Source: a virus
Taxonomy: Duplodnaviria > Caudoviricetes
Strand: one strand, 5' to 3'
Virus record (IMG/VR): IMGVR_UViG_3300032321_001491
Coordinates: 1-33,805 of that record
DNA length: 33,805 nt
Under the pieces are notes generated by a model. The model ran no database searches. It was given only the letters and a program-made list of their open reading frames with translations, and had not been told where the DNA came from. Below, in pieces: positions 14,566-23,589 of the stretch (position 1 is the stretch's first letter; each line of letters begins with the position of its first letter). The position numbers and the translations under genes were made by a program.

Positions 14566-14968
14566 CGCAATCAATTCCTTTTTCTGTAACAATTGTTATA
14601 TTCTTATAAGTCAAAAGCATATCACGAACTAATCTAGTTAATATTGGAGTTTCTTTTGATTTCTTTTTACCTAGTATAATGCAAATTTCATAATCGTCAA
14701 TTTTATGTGTATAAAAATATTGATAATGTTTATCATAAATAATTTCTGCATTTTTATCAATTGCAGTTTTTGTCCACAATTTAATAAACCTAGAAGTTGT
14801 AGCTGGTGATATATAAATATAAACTTTAGATTTGTTTAACTTTTCAATAAAGTTAACTATATAATCATGTCTATAACTTGTATCTGAGAGTACAAGAACT
14901 TTCTTACCTTCTAGGTATGAGAAGTCAATTTCATTCAGGTTTAACACGATTTTTGTGGAACAAAGCAA
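14546..14968 (-). CDS. Hypothetical protein (start uncertain)
   Basis: Long ORF filling the operon. Confidence 0.65.
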   Translation of the reverse strand: MLCSTKIVLNLNEIDFSYLEGKKVLVLSDTSYRHDYIVNFIEKLNKSKVYIYISPATTSRFIKLWTKTAIDKNAEIIYDKHYQYFYTHKIDDYEICIILGKKKSKETPILTRLVRDMLLTYKNITIVTEKGIDCDENYTV

Positions 14969-15107
14969 ATGTGCTTGCTAATAGAGAAAACATTAAAGCT
15001 GACTTCCAACCAATTTGATGACTAAAACCCCAGCTGATTGAGAGCTTTAGCATTAAGGCATTAAGTGCAATATAAGCGGCGTAGATTAGATAGTAAAAGA
15101 AGTTCAT
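14931..15107 (-). CDS. Small 2-TM membrane protein (start MNFFYY)
   Basis: Leaderless after TGgTATCAT; two hydrophobic segments. Confidence 0.7.
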   Translation of the reverse strand: MNFFYYLIYAAYIALNALMLKLSISWGFSHQIGWKSALMFSLLASTFALFHKNRVKPE

Positions 15108-15158
15108 ATGTACATGATACACCATGTTTCCCCAGATTTGATTAAATAAAAAAAAATT

Positions 15159-15303
15159 GCAAAAGTCATGCAAAACTTGCAAAATACTGATATGCTTCGC
15201 ATGCAAAGCGAGCGAGGTACTCTTTATATACTTATATACTTATAAACTATTAAGTATACTAGTATACTTGGTACTCTTGGTATAAAGAATACGGTGGTAT
15301 ACT
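15159..15303. repeat. Divergent intergenic region with GCAAAA and TATACT/GGTACTCTT repeats and an 18-bp palindrome
   Basis: AAGTATACTAGTATACTT at 15252-15269; several TATACT copies; GGTACTCTT twice. Confidence 0.65.
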
Positions 15304-15308
15304 TCAGT

Positions 15309-15554
15309 ATGAGAATTATCGGAATTGTTGAGTCTGATGAATGCAGCGGGGCTGCAATTATGGACTCCGATTTCATTTCAATCATAAAAATGAACGATTA
15401 TTATGTAGCAGCTTCAAGGTGTATGTTTACGCACATTCCAGTTACCTGTGAAATTTCTGAAAAAGACGCAGAAATTTTTTTTAAAAATGGTGTAAACTGT
15501 TTAGACTTTAATGAAACAATTGAGGAACCCAAAAAAAAGCGAAAGCGCATATAA
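15309..15554 (+). CDS. Hypothetical protein (start MRIIG)
   Basis: Leaderless after TGgTATACT. Confidence 0.75.
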   Translation: MRIIGIVESDECSGAAIMDSDFISIIKMNDYYVAASRCMFTHIPVTCEISEKDAEIFFKNGVNCLDFNETIEEPKKKRKRI

Positions 15555-15560
15555 TCTTCT

Positions 15561-16574
15561 ATGAAAAAAATTAGCTGGTTTAGTCCTGGTAGTGTTGATG
15601 TTAGTGGTGTCCATTGGTATAGTCAAGGCTATAGCAATGCAGCTATTCATACTATTAATGCTCTTAGAGAAAAAGATGTAGGCGTATTCTATAATAGAAA
15701 TGAAATACCGTTTCATGTTAACTTTTGTCAGCCTCATTATTATCAAATGCAAAATTTGTATAAAGTTGGCTACACTCCTTGGGAGTCAACAAAAATTCCA
15801 GTTGGCTGGAGACATAACATGCAGCAAATGGATGAGATTTGGGCTACTTCTAATTTTGTAAAAGATGTATATGTGCAAAGTAATGTACATCACAATATTC
15901 ATGTTATACCACATGGCATATCTGATGAATTTAAAATAATTGATAGAGAAATTATAGGAACATTTAATTTCCTGCATGTTGGTGGTGATTCAAAAAGAAA
16001 AAATGCTCAAATGGTTGTTGACGCATTTCTTGATCTATATGAAGGAAACAATGATTTTAAACTTATATTAAAATATAATGGATTTTGTCAAGCAGAAGTT
16101 TATATTGATAATAATCTTGTACCAGCAATTCAGCATCCACAAATATACGGCATTCCAGATAATTTAAGTACAGAAGATTTAGTTAAGCTTTATCATAAAT
16201 GCCATTGTCTTGTTTATCCAACTAGTGGTGAAGGTTTTGGAATGATACCTTTTGAAGCAATTTGCACTGGTATGCCAACAATTGTCACAGATGCAACTGG
16301 CTGTAGTGATTTTGCAAAATACTCAATACCTCTTTCATGTAAAATGAATAGTGCTGACTGGAATAGCCATCAGTATGGTGAAGACACAGGTCTATGGGCA
16401 TATCCTGATATGGAACAGTTAATGGATCTTATGACACATGTTGTTTCGGAATATGATGAGTTTAAGAAATATACAATTCAATCTGCACGCATATTGCATA
16501 ACGAACATTCTTGGTCAAGTGTTGCAGATAAAATTCTTGAAAGAATAACTTTTTACGAAAATTCTTTTTCTTAG
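15561..16574 (+). CDS. Glycosyltransferase family 4 (GT-B)
   Basis: FLHVG...RKN, YPTSGEGFGMIPFEA (E-x7-E) motif. Confidence 0.92.
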   Translation: MKKISWFSPGSVDVSGVHWYSQGYSNAAIHTINALREKDVGVFYNRNEIPFHVNFCQPHYYQMQNLYKVGYTPWESTKIPVGWRHNMQQMDEIWATSNFVKDVYVQSNVHHNIHVIPHGISDEFKIIDREIIGTFNFLHVGGDSKRKNAQMVVDAFLDLYEGNNDFKLILKYNGFCQAEVYIDNNLVPAIQHPQIYGIPDNLSTEDLVKLYHKCHCLVYPTSGEGFGMIPFEAICTGMPTIVTDATGCSDFAKYSIPLSCKMNSADWNSHQYGEDTGLWAYPDMEQLMDLMTHVVSEYDEFKKYTIQSARILHNEHSWSSVADKILERITFYENSFS

Positions 16575-16590
16575 ACCTAGGTATTTTTGG

Positions 16591-16619
16591 TTGCACCGAG
16601 TCTTCCTGCAGGGTAAGAT
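16591..16619 (+). promoter_or_regulatory. Housekeeping-sigma-type promoter for nrdJ
   Basis: TTGCAC-N17-TAAGAT. Confidence 0.55.
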
Positions 16620-16646
16620 GGTTGTTCTTACTTTTGGAGGTATGTC

Positions 16647-18575
16647 ATGTCAATTTTTACAACAGATTTTATTAATAGCTATAGTTTAAGAACCGCACCT
16701 TGGGGATTTGGCGGTCTTGGCGAAGTTGTTTATTTAAGAACATATAGTCGTAAAATTGAAGGAACTGATAGAAGTGAGACCTGGGTTGAAACAATCAAGA
16801 GAATTATTGATGGTGCTATTGAAATTGGAGTTCCTTTTACTCAAAAGGAAGCAGAAGCTTTATTTGATCATATGTTCAATCTTAAGTGCTCAGTGTCTGG
16901 CAGAGCCCTCTGGCAGCTTGGCACTCCTCTTGTAAAAAAGTTTTCGGGAACTTCTCTCAATAATTGTTTTTTTACAAACATTGAAAAAATTGAAGATTTT
17001 GAACTTTTGTTTGATTACTTGATGCTTGGTGGTGGGGTTGGTTTTTCCGTTGAGCGTTCAAAGATTCATGATCTACCAAAGGTTAGAAAAGTAGATTTTA
17101 TTTCAGCAGAAAAAACAAATGATGCCGACTTCATTGTTCCAGACTCAAGACAGGGGTGGAGGGAATTGCTCCATAAAGTGCTTGAGTCTTACTTTGTAAC
17201 TGGCAAATCTTTTACATACTCAACTTTGTTGATTCGTGAGTTTGGAACACCACTCAAAACTTTTGGCGGCACTGCTTCTGGCTCTGGTGCGCTTGTGGAA
17301 GGTATTGCTGATATTTGCAAAGTTTTGGATCAAAGAGTTGGAAAGAAACTTCGTTCAATAGATGTTCTTGATATTTGCAATATTATTGGTCGCATTGTTG
17401 TTTCTGGATCATCACGCCGATCTGCACAGATTGCAATTGGTGATCCTGATGACATGTTATTCATTAGAGCAAAAAACTGGGGCAGCGGTAATGTTCCAGC
17501 GTGGAGGGCTAACTCTAACAATAGTATCTACGCAGATTCATATGATGAGATTGTCCCTGAATTCTGGAAGGGATATGATGGCACTGGCGAGCCTTATGGT
17601 TTGTTGAACAGAAAGCTTGCAAGAACACACGGCAGACTTGGCGAGAAATCACCAGATCCAAGTATTGAAGGGTTTAACCCATGTGCAGAGATTGCACTTG
17701 CAGATGGTGAGTCTTGCAACCTTGCAACAATTTTTTTGCCAAACATTGAATCGCTAGCGGAACTCCTAGAAATTTCAAGACTTCTTTACATGGTTCAAAA
17801 ACAAATTACAAGACTTTCATACCCATATGAAAAAACAAATACGATTGTGCATAAAAATTCAAGACTTGGACAATCTGTCACTGGAATTCTTCAGTGTACA
17901 GAAATACAAGTTGGTTGGTTGAAAACAGCATATGAGTACTTGAAAGAATACGATAAAAGCTATAGTGAAGAGCATGGCTGGAACCCATCAGTGAGACTTA
18001 CAACCGTTCAACCATCTGGAACACTATCTCTGCTCCCAGGTGTAACTCCTGGCATTCATCCTGCTTTTGCTCAGTACTATATTCGCAGAGTTCGTTTTAG
18101 CTCGGTTGACCCGCTCGTTGATGCGTGTAGAAAGCGTGGTTATAAAGTTACTTGGGACATGGGATTGGATGGCAGAGAAGACCACAGCCGATATGTTGTT
18201 GAGTTCCCATGCAAGTCACCAGAGGGAGCTGTGTTGGCAGCAAACATGACTGCTATTGAACAACTTGAGTGGGTTAAGAAGATGCAGGCTGAGTGGGCAG
18301 ATAATGCTGTTTCAGTGACAGTTTACTACCGCAAAGAAGAGCTTCCAGCTATTCAAGAATGGTTGGCAAAAAATTATGATAAGAGTGTTAAGTCTGTATC
18401 GTTCCTTTTGCATGTAGATCACAACTTCCCTTTGCCTCCTTATGAGGAAATTACAAAAGAAGAATACGAGAAAAATGTATCTAAATTGAACCTTTCTGTT
18501 CCTCTTCAACAAATGTCAAGCGATTTATCAATTGAATTGAATGATTGTGCTACTGGTGCGTGCCCAATTCGCTGA
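16647..18575 (+). CDS. nrdJ: Class II (adenosylcobalamin-dependent) ribonucleotide reductase, monomeric RTPR type
   Basis: RTYSR, LNNC, GGGVG, RRSA, NPCAEI, QPSGT, C-terminal CATGACPIR. Confidence 0.93.
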   Translation: MSIFTTDFINSYSLRTAPWGFGGLGEVVYLRTYSRKIEGTDRSETWVETIKRIIDGAIEIGVPFTQKEAEALFDHMFNLKCSVSGRALWQLGTPLVKKFSGTSLNNCFFTNIEKIEDFELLFDYLMLGGGVGFSVERSKIHDLPKVRKVDFISAEKTNDADFIVPDSRQGWRELLHKVLESYFVTGKSFTYSTLLIREFGTPLKTFGGTASGSGALVEGIADICKVLDQRVGKKLRSIDVLDICNIIGRIVVSGSSRRSAQIAIGDPDDMLFIRAKNWGSGNVPAWRANSNNSIYADSYDEIVPEFWKGYDGTGEPYGLLNRKLARTHGRLGEKSPDPSIEGFNPCAEIALADGESCNLATIFLPNIESLAELLEISRLLYMVQKQITRLSYPYEKTNTIVHKNSRLGQSVTGILQCTEIQVGWLKTAYEYLKEYDKSYSEEHGWNPSVRLTTVQPSGTLSLLPGVTPGIHPAFAQYYIRRVRFSSVDPLVDACRKRGYKVTWDMGLDGREDHSRYVVEFPCKSPEGAVLAANMTAIEQLEWVKKMQAEWADNAVSVTVYYRKEELPAIQEWLAKNYDKSVKSVSFLLHVDHNFPLPPYEEITKEEYEKNVSKLNLSVPLQQMSSDLSIELNDCATGACPIR

Positions 18576-18628
18576 TATCTGAACATTTATGTACTAGTTT
18601 TTAATAAAAGTAGTGTATAATTTACCGT

Positions 18629-18976
18629 ATGTCGTCAAATATTATTAAAAGCAAAAACCTCTGGGTTCCAGAAAGAGCTTTTGGAGTCTGTGTATATTTT
18701 ACATCAAAGGATGAAACCCTTTCTGATGGTGATGGCGCAGTTTTATGCGCTGAAGGTGTTATGTACGATTTAGATATTGAAAGAAGAGTGCTTGAAGCTG
18801 GTCGCTATTGGAGCGGTGATGCTGATGGTATTGTTAAATGGGTTGCTGGTGCAAGAAAAGTTTCATCATCAGAAAGAGATGATCAAGTTGAAAGATTGAA
18901 TGATGGATTGATAGCTGATCCATTTGAAGATATGTATGACGATCATTTCTCAAACAGGAGTGTTAATGGAAAATAA
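18629..18976 (+). CDS. Hypothetical protein upstream of portal
   Basis: Leaderless after TATAAT. Confidence 0.8.
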   Translation: MSSNIIKSKNLWVPERAFGVCVYFTSKDETLSDGDGAVLCAEGVMYDLDIERRVLEAGRYWSGDADGIVKWVAGARKVSSSERDDQVERLNDGLIADPFEDMYDDHFSNRSVNGK

Positions 18977-20603
18977 AATGGAGTTAGTTGAAGAAACAAT
19001 TATTCTTGATCAAGAAATTGATGATATCTCATACATGGGTTTTACAAGTAAAGTTGAAACATTTGACCCATTTGATTCAGTCAAAATTGACAGTCTTTCT
19101 CCAAAAATGAAGCGCAAAGCAATGCGTCTACATAAAAAACATGAAGGTGAAGATGGTACTCAGTCTAAGTACATTGACCCAGAAAGAATTAGTGGATATT
19201 CACTTTATGACATTGTAAACCCTCCATATGATTTAGATACACTTGCTGGTCTCTATGATCAAAGCGCTATTCATTATGCAGCTATTAATGCAAGAGTGAT
19301 GAATACAGTCGGTCTTGGTTATGAATTTGTTGAAACATTAAAAGCAAAAAGAAGAATTGAAAAAGCTCAGGGCAGTGAAGAAAAATTAACAAGACTCCGC
19401 CAGCAGTACCAGGATATCAAAGAAGGTCTTGATGAAAAATTTGAGGCTTTAAACATTGAAGAAACATTGATTGAAACAATGGTTCGTGTTTGGCAAGATG
19501 TACTAACTGTTGGGAATGGTTATCTTGAAATTGGAAGAAATAATGCTGGAGAAATTGGCTATATTGGTCATGTTCCAGCAACGCTTGTTCGTGTTCGCAG
19601 AAAGCGTGATGGATATGTGCAAATTGCAAAAACAAATAAAATTCAAGCTGTATTTTTTAGGCAGTTTCAAGACAAAGAAACCCCAGACCCGATTAATAAT
19701 GATCCAAAACCTAATGAGTTAATTCACTTTAAAATTTATTCACCAAACAATACATACTATGGAATTCCTTCTGCAGTGTCTGCTGCAACAGCAATCATTG
19801 GTGATAAATTTGCAAAAGAATATAATATTGATTATTTTGAAAACAAAGCAATTCCTCGTTATGCAATTATTCTTAAAGGTGCAAAACTTAGTAATAAATC
19901 TAAACAAGAATTAATTAATTATTTTAGGAATGAAGTTAAAGGTCGCAATCATGGAACACTAGTAATTCCGCTTCCAGCGAGCCTTGGAACAGACACAGAT
20001 ATTAAGTTTGAAAAACTTGAGGCTGGGATTCAAGATTCATCATTTGATAAATATCGTAAATCAAACAGAGATGAAATTCTTGTAGCGAACAGAGTTCCCG
20101 CTCCAAAAGTTGGAGTTTATGATAATGCAAACTTGGCTGTGTCAAGAGATGCAGACAAAAGTTTTAAGATGCAAGTTATTGGTCCAGATCAAGCAATTAT
20201 TGAAAAGAAGTTAAATAGAATTGTAGCTGAGTTTACAGACCTTATGCAAATTAGGCTTAAGAAAATTGATTTGGTGGATGAAGATATTCAGTCAAGAATT
20301 AATGATCGCTACCTACGCACAGAAGTATTGACTCCTAACGAAGTTAGAGGTCAGATTGGTTTGCCAGAAAGATTTGATGGCGATGAAGTTCTACCATTCC
20401 CAACAAATGTTAAAAAAGAGCAGAACGATGCAGCCAGCAATGGCGCAGGTGCTCCTTTTGGTAACAACAATAATTCTGCCTCAGAGCCGCCAAAATCACC
20501 AACTGGTGATGGAGCAACGAGTGACCCTAGAGCAGATGGAGCCCAAGCAGAGCGTGGTCAGAACCAAGACTCTGGAGAAAATACAGACTCAGGAGGTAAT
20601 TGA
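18966..20603 (+). CDS. Phage portal protein (start MENK)
   Basis: GNGYLEI, ELIHFK..SP.N.YYGIP, YFEN.A.P, LTPNEVR..IGLP..GD motifs; AGGAG SD. Confidence 0.92.
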   Translation: MENKMELVEETIILDQEIDDISYMGFTSKVETFDPFDSVKIDSLSPKMKRKAMRLHKKHEGEDGTQSKYIDPERISGYSLYDIVNPPYDLDTLAGLYDQSAIHYAAINARVMNTVGLGYEFVETLKAKRRIEKAQGSEEKLTRLRQQYQDIKEGLDEKFEALNIEETLIETMVRVWQDVLTVGNGYLEIGRNNAGEIGYIGHVPATLVRVRRKRDGYVQIAKTNKIQAVFFRQFQDKETPDPINNDPKPNELIHFKIYSPNNTYYGIPSAVSAATAIIGDKFAKEYNIDYFENKAIPRYAIILKGAKLSNKSKQELINYFRNEVKGRNHGTLVIPLPASLGTDTDIKFEKLEAGIQDSSFDKYRKSNRDEILVANRVPAPKVGVYDNANLAVSRDADKSFKMQVIGPDQAIIEKKLNRIVAEFTDLMQIRLKKIDLVDEDIQSRINDRYLRTEVLTPNEVRGQIGLPERFDGDEVLPFPTNVKKEQNDAASNGAGAPFGNNNNSASEPPKSPTGDGATSDPRADGAQAERGQNQDSGENTDSGGN

Positions 20604-20863
20604 TGAGTGATCAAACAATGGTTTTTGCAATGGCTAATGTTAGTAGTACGGATGGTGTTGTCAGTATTGGTCAGCACACATCGCAAATTGCTTTTATGAA
20701 TCAAGGATCTGATTTTTGTGATATTAAACTAAATGGTAAATATACTATAAAAATTGGTCACGGTCAGCAAGAAGCACATTTTTATAATACAATTGATGGT
20801 GATTATACAACATTTGAAGTCATAACTTCAGCTGTAACGCTATCAATGTACGCATTAGGTTAA
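20603..20863 (+). CDS. Small beta-rich putative virion protein; paralog of next gene
   Basis: Shared GQHT, NGxYT, GDYTTxEV, YAxG motifs. Confidence 0.8.
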   Translation: MSDQTMVFAMANVSSTDGVVSIGQHTSQIAFMNQGSDFCDIKLNGKYTIKIGHGQQEAHFYNTIDGDYTTFEVITSAVTLSMYALG

Positions 20864-20874
20864 GGAGAAAATAT

Positions 20875-21141
20875 ATGCATGGAAGTAGTTTAGTATATGC
20901 TAATACAGCAATCAATAGCACACACGGGGTGATTAATCTGGGACAACACACGGATTGTATAAAGCTTTGGAATCAAAGCGAAACTACATCTGCTGCAGTT
21001 AAATTTAATGGACAATACACTGTAGTAATTCCCCATACATCAAATACGGGTGTTCACTCATACTACGAGGTTTGCGGTGATTATACAACAATAGAAGTCC
21101 TAACGGCTAGTTGTACAATTTCAGTGTATGCCATAGGATAA
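20875..21141 (+). CDS. Small beta-rich putative virion protein; paralog of previous gene
   Basis: AAGGAG SD; same shared motifs. Confidence 0.8.
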   Translation: MHGSSLVYANTAINSTHGVINLGQHTDCIKLWNQSETTSAAVKFNGQYTVVIPHTSNTGVHSYYEVCGDYTTIEVLTASCTISVYAIG

Positions 21142-21142
21142 T

Positions 21143-21171
21143 TTGCAATAATCACTAAAATGATATATGCT
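21143..21171 (+). promoter_or_regulatory. Promoter for head operon
   Basis: TTGCAA-N17-TATGCT. Confidence 0.55.
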
Positions 21172-21190
21172 TGTAAATTACGAGGGTTAA

Positions 21191-23569
21191 ATGTCAGATT
21201 TTAATATTTCATTCCCAATTGATATGATTAAGAGGGAACAACGCATTGTTGTAGGCATCGCTACAGCCGACAATGTTGATAAAGCTGGCGATATTGTGGA
21301 CTTTGAAGCATCCAAAGAAGCTTTTGCAAACTGGGGTGGAAACATCCGAGAGATGCATGCTCCTATTGCCGTTGGTAAGGCAATTAATTATGAGCCAGTC
21401 GTGCTTAAAGATAAAGATGGTGTATCTTATAATGCTTTTAAAGTTGAAGCTTATATTTCAAAAGGTGCAGAAGATACTTGGCAAAAAGTTCTTGATGGCA
21501 CACTTCGTTCTTTTTCTATTGGCGGTAAAGTAATTGAAAAATCTGAATCCGCAGATAAATTTTTTCATGGTAAGCCAGTTAATGTTATTAAAAAATATGT
21601 TCTTGGAGAGCTAAGCCTCGTTGATAACCCAGCAAACGCTTTGGCTATTATTGATATTATTAAAATGGATGGAGAAGGGTTGTTTAAGTATGCTCTTGAT
21701 TGCGACTTAGATTGCCAGTTAGCAAAGGCTAAACAACCGCTCAAAGACCCCAAAGGCGGGCTGACTGCTGCAGGTAGAAGGCATTTTAAACAAACTGAAG
21801 GTGCTAATCTTAAGCCAGGCGTTAAAGGTGCAGCCGACACTCCAGAAAAAATGCGCCGCAAAGGTTCATTCCTTACAAGATTTTTTACCAACCCGTCTGG
21901 TCCAATGAAAAAACCAAATGGTGAACCAACACGCCTTGCGCTTTCAGCAGCAGCATGGGGTGAACCTGTTCCTCAGAATGCATCAGATGCTGCAAAGCTT
22001 GCTGCTAAAGGCAGAAGACTTCTTGAGAGATATGCAAATACTAAAGAAAAAGCAGATTTTGAAAATTCATTTGAAGACGCTCTTCTTGAAGAAATTATTG
22101 ATCTTTTGAAAGATGATGATTGTGATTGTGGGTGTGGTGGTCTTGAAAAAGATGCATCAGTTACAACTGACAACGCTGAATCAAAAAATCCATCAAGAAA
22201 TGGAATCATTTCACCAACTGTTCCTCCATTCCCATCTGGTTCGCCAAAATTTAAACCAAAGAAAAAAATAAAAAAAGAAGGAAGTCCATGTTGGGATGGC
22301 TATCACCAAGAAGGTGAAAAGAAAGGTAAGAATGGAAATATGGTTCCAAACTGTGTTCCTGATAATACTAACAAAAAGGAGAAAGACATGAAAGGACAAG
22401 ATCTTATTAACAAAGCAACAGGTCTCGTTCCAACCCTCCAGGAGTTGTTGGCAAACACAGTTGTGTTTTATTTTGCAGCCCACAGAGCACATTGGAATGT
22501 TGAGGGCGTTGATTTTACAGAATACCACGAATTATTTGCAAAAATTTATGAAGATGCTTATGGATCAATTGACCCAATGGCTGAGCTTATTAGAAAAATG
22601 GGAGCATTCCCGCCATCGCTAGACGAATCAGATGACATGTCCAGTATTGAAGATGATTCAGCAACATCAGATTCTAGAGAACTTGCTATTGATCTTTATG
22701 TAAAAAATCATGGTTTGATCACAATGCTCAAAGCCGCATTTAATGTAGCAAACTCGGAAAATGAACAAGGTGTTGCTAATTTTATTGCAGAAAGAATTGA
22801 TATGCATCAAACATGGGATTGGCAATTGACAGCTTCTTTAAGAGCATCTGGTGTAGAAATCCCATCACTCATTGAAGATACTGATGAGACTGACATGGAA
22901 AATGCTGGGAGTATTATGAATTTGATTAATCAAGTTTTTGCTAATTCAACAAAATCATATGATTCAACACAAAATATTGAAGAATTTGATACAATTAGTA
23001 AAATGAACGAAAACGAAGAAGTTATTATTAAGCAAGACTCTGAATTGCAATTAAATAATACTTATGATAAGCTCTCTGACATGAATGAGCAACAAGTCAA
23101 TAAACTTAATCTTTTGAAGAAGTTTGTTGGTTGGTTGTTCCAAGATGTCGCAGAAACAACTTCAACTTCCGTTGAAGTAAGTGGAAACACACAGGAGGAA
23201 GAAATGGACATTAATGTTCTTAAAGATGCTCTGAGTGCTGTTGTTGATGAAAAACTGGCTAGTTTTGCTACTTCAATCAAGGAAGAAGTTGAAGCCTCTG
23301 TTCAGGAAAAAATTGAAGCAGTCGCAAAGGGTTTTGAGGTTCAGAGTTCTGAACTTCAACAAAAGCTGGAAACAGCAGAGTTGGCTCTCGCTGAGCAAAC
23401 AGAAAAAGTTGAGGCATTTGCCGCAGCTGGTGCTGTAAAAAAGAGCGTGGACCCAGAAGATGATGAGGAAGTAGCAGAGGAAGCACTAGCTAAGTCTGCA
23501 CCTACTTCATTCTGGAGAAATACATATCTGCCACAGGAGTTAATCAACTCCCTAGGTTATAGGTCATAA
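21191..23569 (+). CDS. Prohead protease fused to DUF6321-like domain, Dps/ferritin domain and C-terminal scaffold
   Basis: N-terminal IREMH...FSIGG...ELSLVDNPAN; KDPKGGLTAAGR; HWNVEG..F...HELF...YE...D..AE.I (Dps); acidic coiled-coil C-terminus; lies just before the capsid gene. Confidence 0.88.
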   Translation: MSDFNISFPIDMIKREQRIVVGIATADNVDKAGDIVDFEASKEAFANWGGNIREMHAPIAVGKAINYEPVVLKDKDGVSYNAFKVEAYISKGAEDTWQKVLDGTLRSFSIGGKVIEKSESADKFFHGKPVNVIKKYVLGELSLVDNPANALAIIDIIKMDGEGLFKYALDCDLDCQLAKAKQPLKDPKGGLTAAGRRHFKQTEGANLKPGVKGAADTPEKMRRKGSFLTRFFTNPSGPMKKPNGEPTRLALSAAAWGEPVPQNASDAAKLAAKGRRLLERYANTKEKADFENSFEDALLEEIIDLLKDDDCDCGCGGLEKDASVTTDNAESKNPSRNGIISPTVPPFPSGSPKFKPKKKIKKEGSPCWDGYHQEGEKKGKNGNMVPNCVPDNTNKKEKDMKGQDLINKATGLVPTLQELLANTVVFYFAAHRAHWNVEGVDFTEYHELFAKIYEDAYGSIDPMAELIRKMGAFPPSLDESDDMSSIEDDSATSDSRELAIDLYVKNHGLITMLKAAFNVANSENEQGVANFIAERIDMHQTWDWQLTASLRASGVEIPSLIEDTDETDMENAGSIMNLINQVFANSTKSYDSTQNIEEFDTISKMNENEEVIIKQDSELQLNNTYDKLSDMNEQQVNKLNLLKKFVGWLFQDVAETTSTSVEVSGNTQEEEMDINVLKDALSAVVDEKLASFATSIKEEVEASVQEKIEAVAKGFEVQSSELQQKLETAELALAEQTEKVEAFAAAGAVKKSVDPEDDEEVAEEALAKSAPTSFWRNTYLPQELINSLGYRS
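23045..23073 (+). promoter_or_regulatory. Internal promoter inside the protease gene
   Basis: TTGCAA-N17-TAAGCT with TG extension; in-frame ATG 7 nt later (23081). Confidence 0.55.
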
Positions 23570-23589
23570 GGTAAGGAGGAAAAACTACT

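Noticed and set aside
16647-18575. Intein or intron in the RNR
   Set aside because: The ORF is continuous at 642 aa, a normal size for this class, with no splicing motifs seen.
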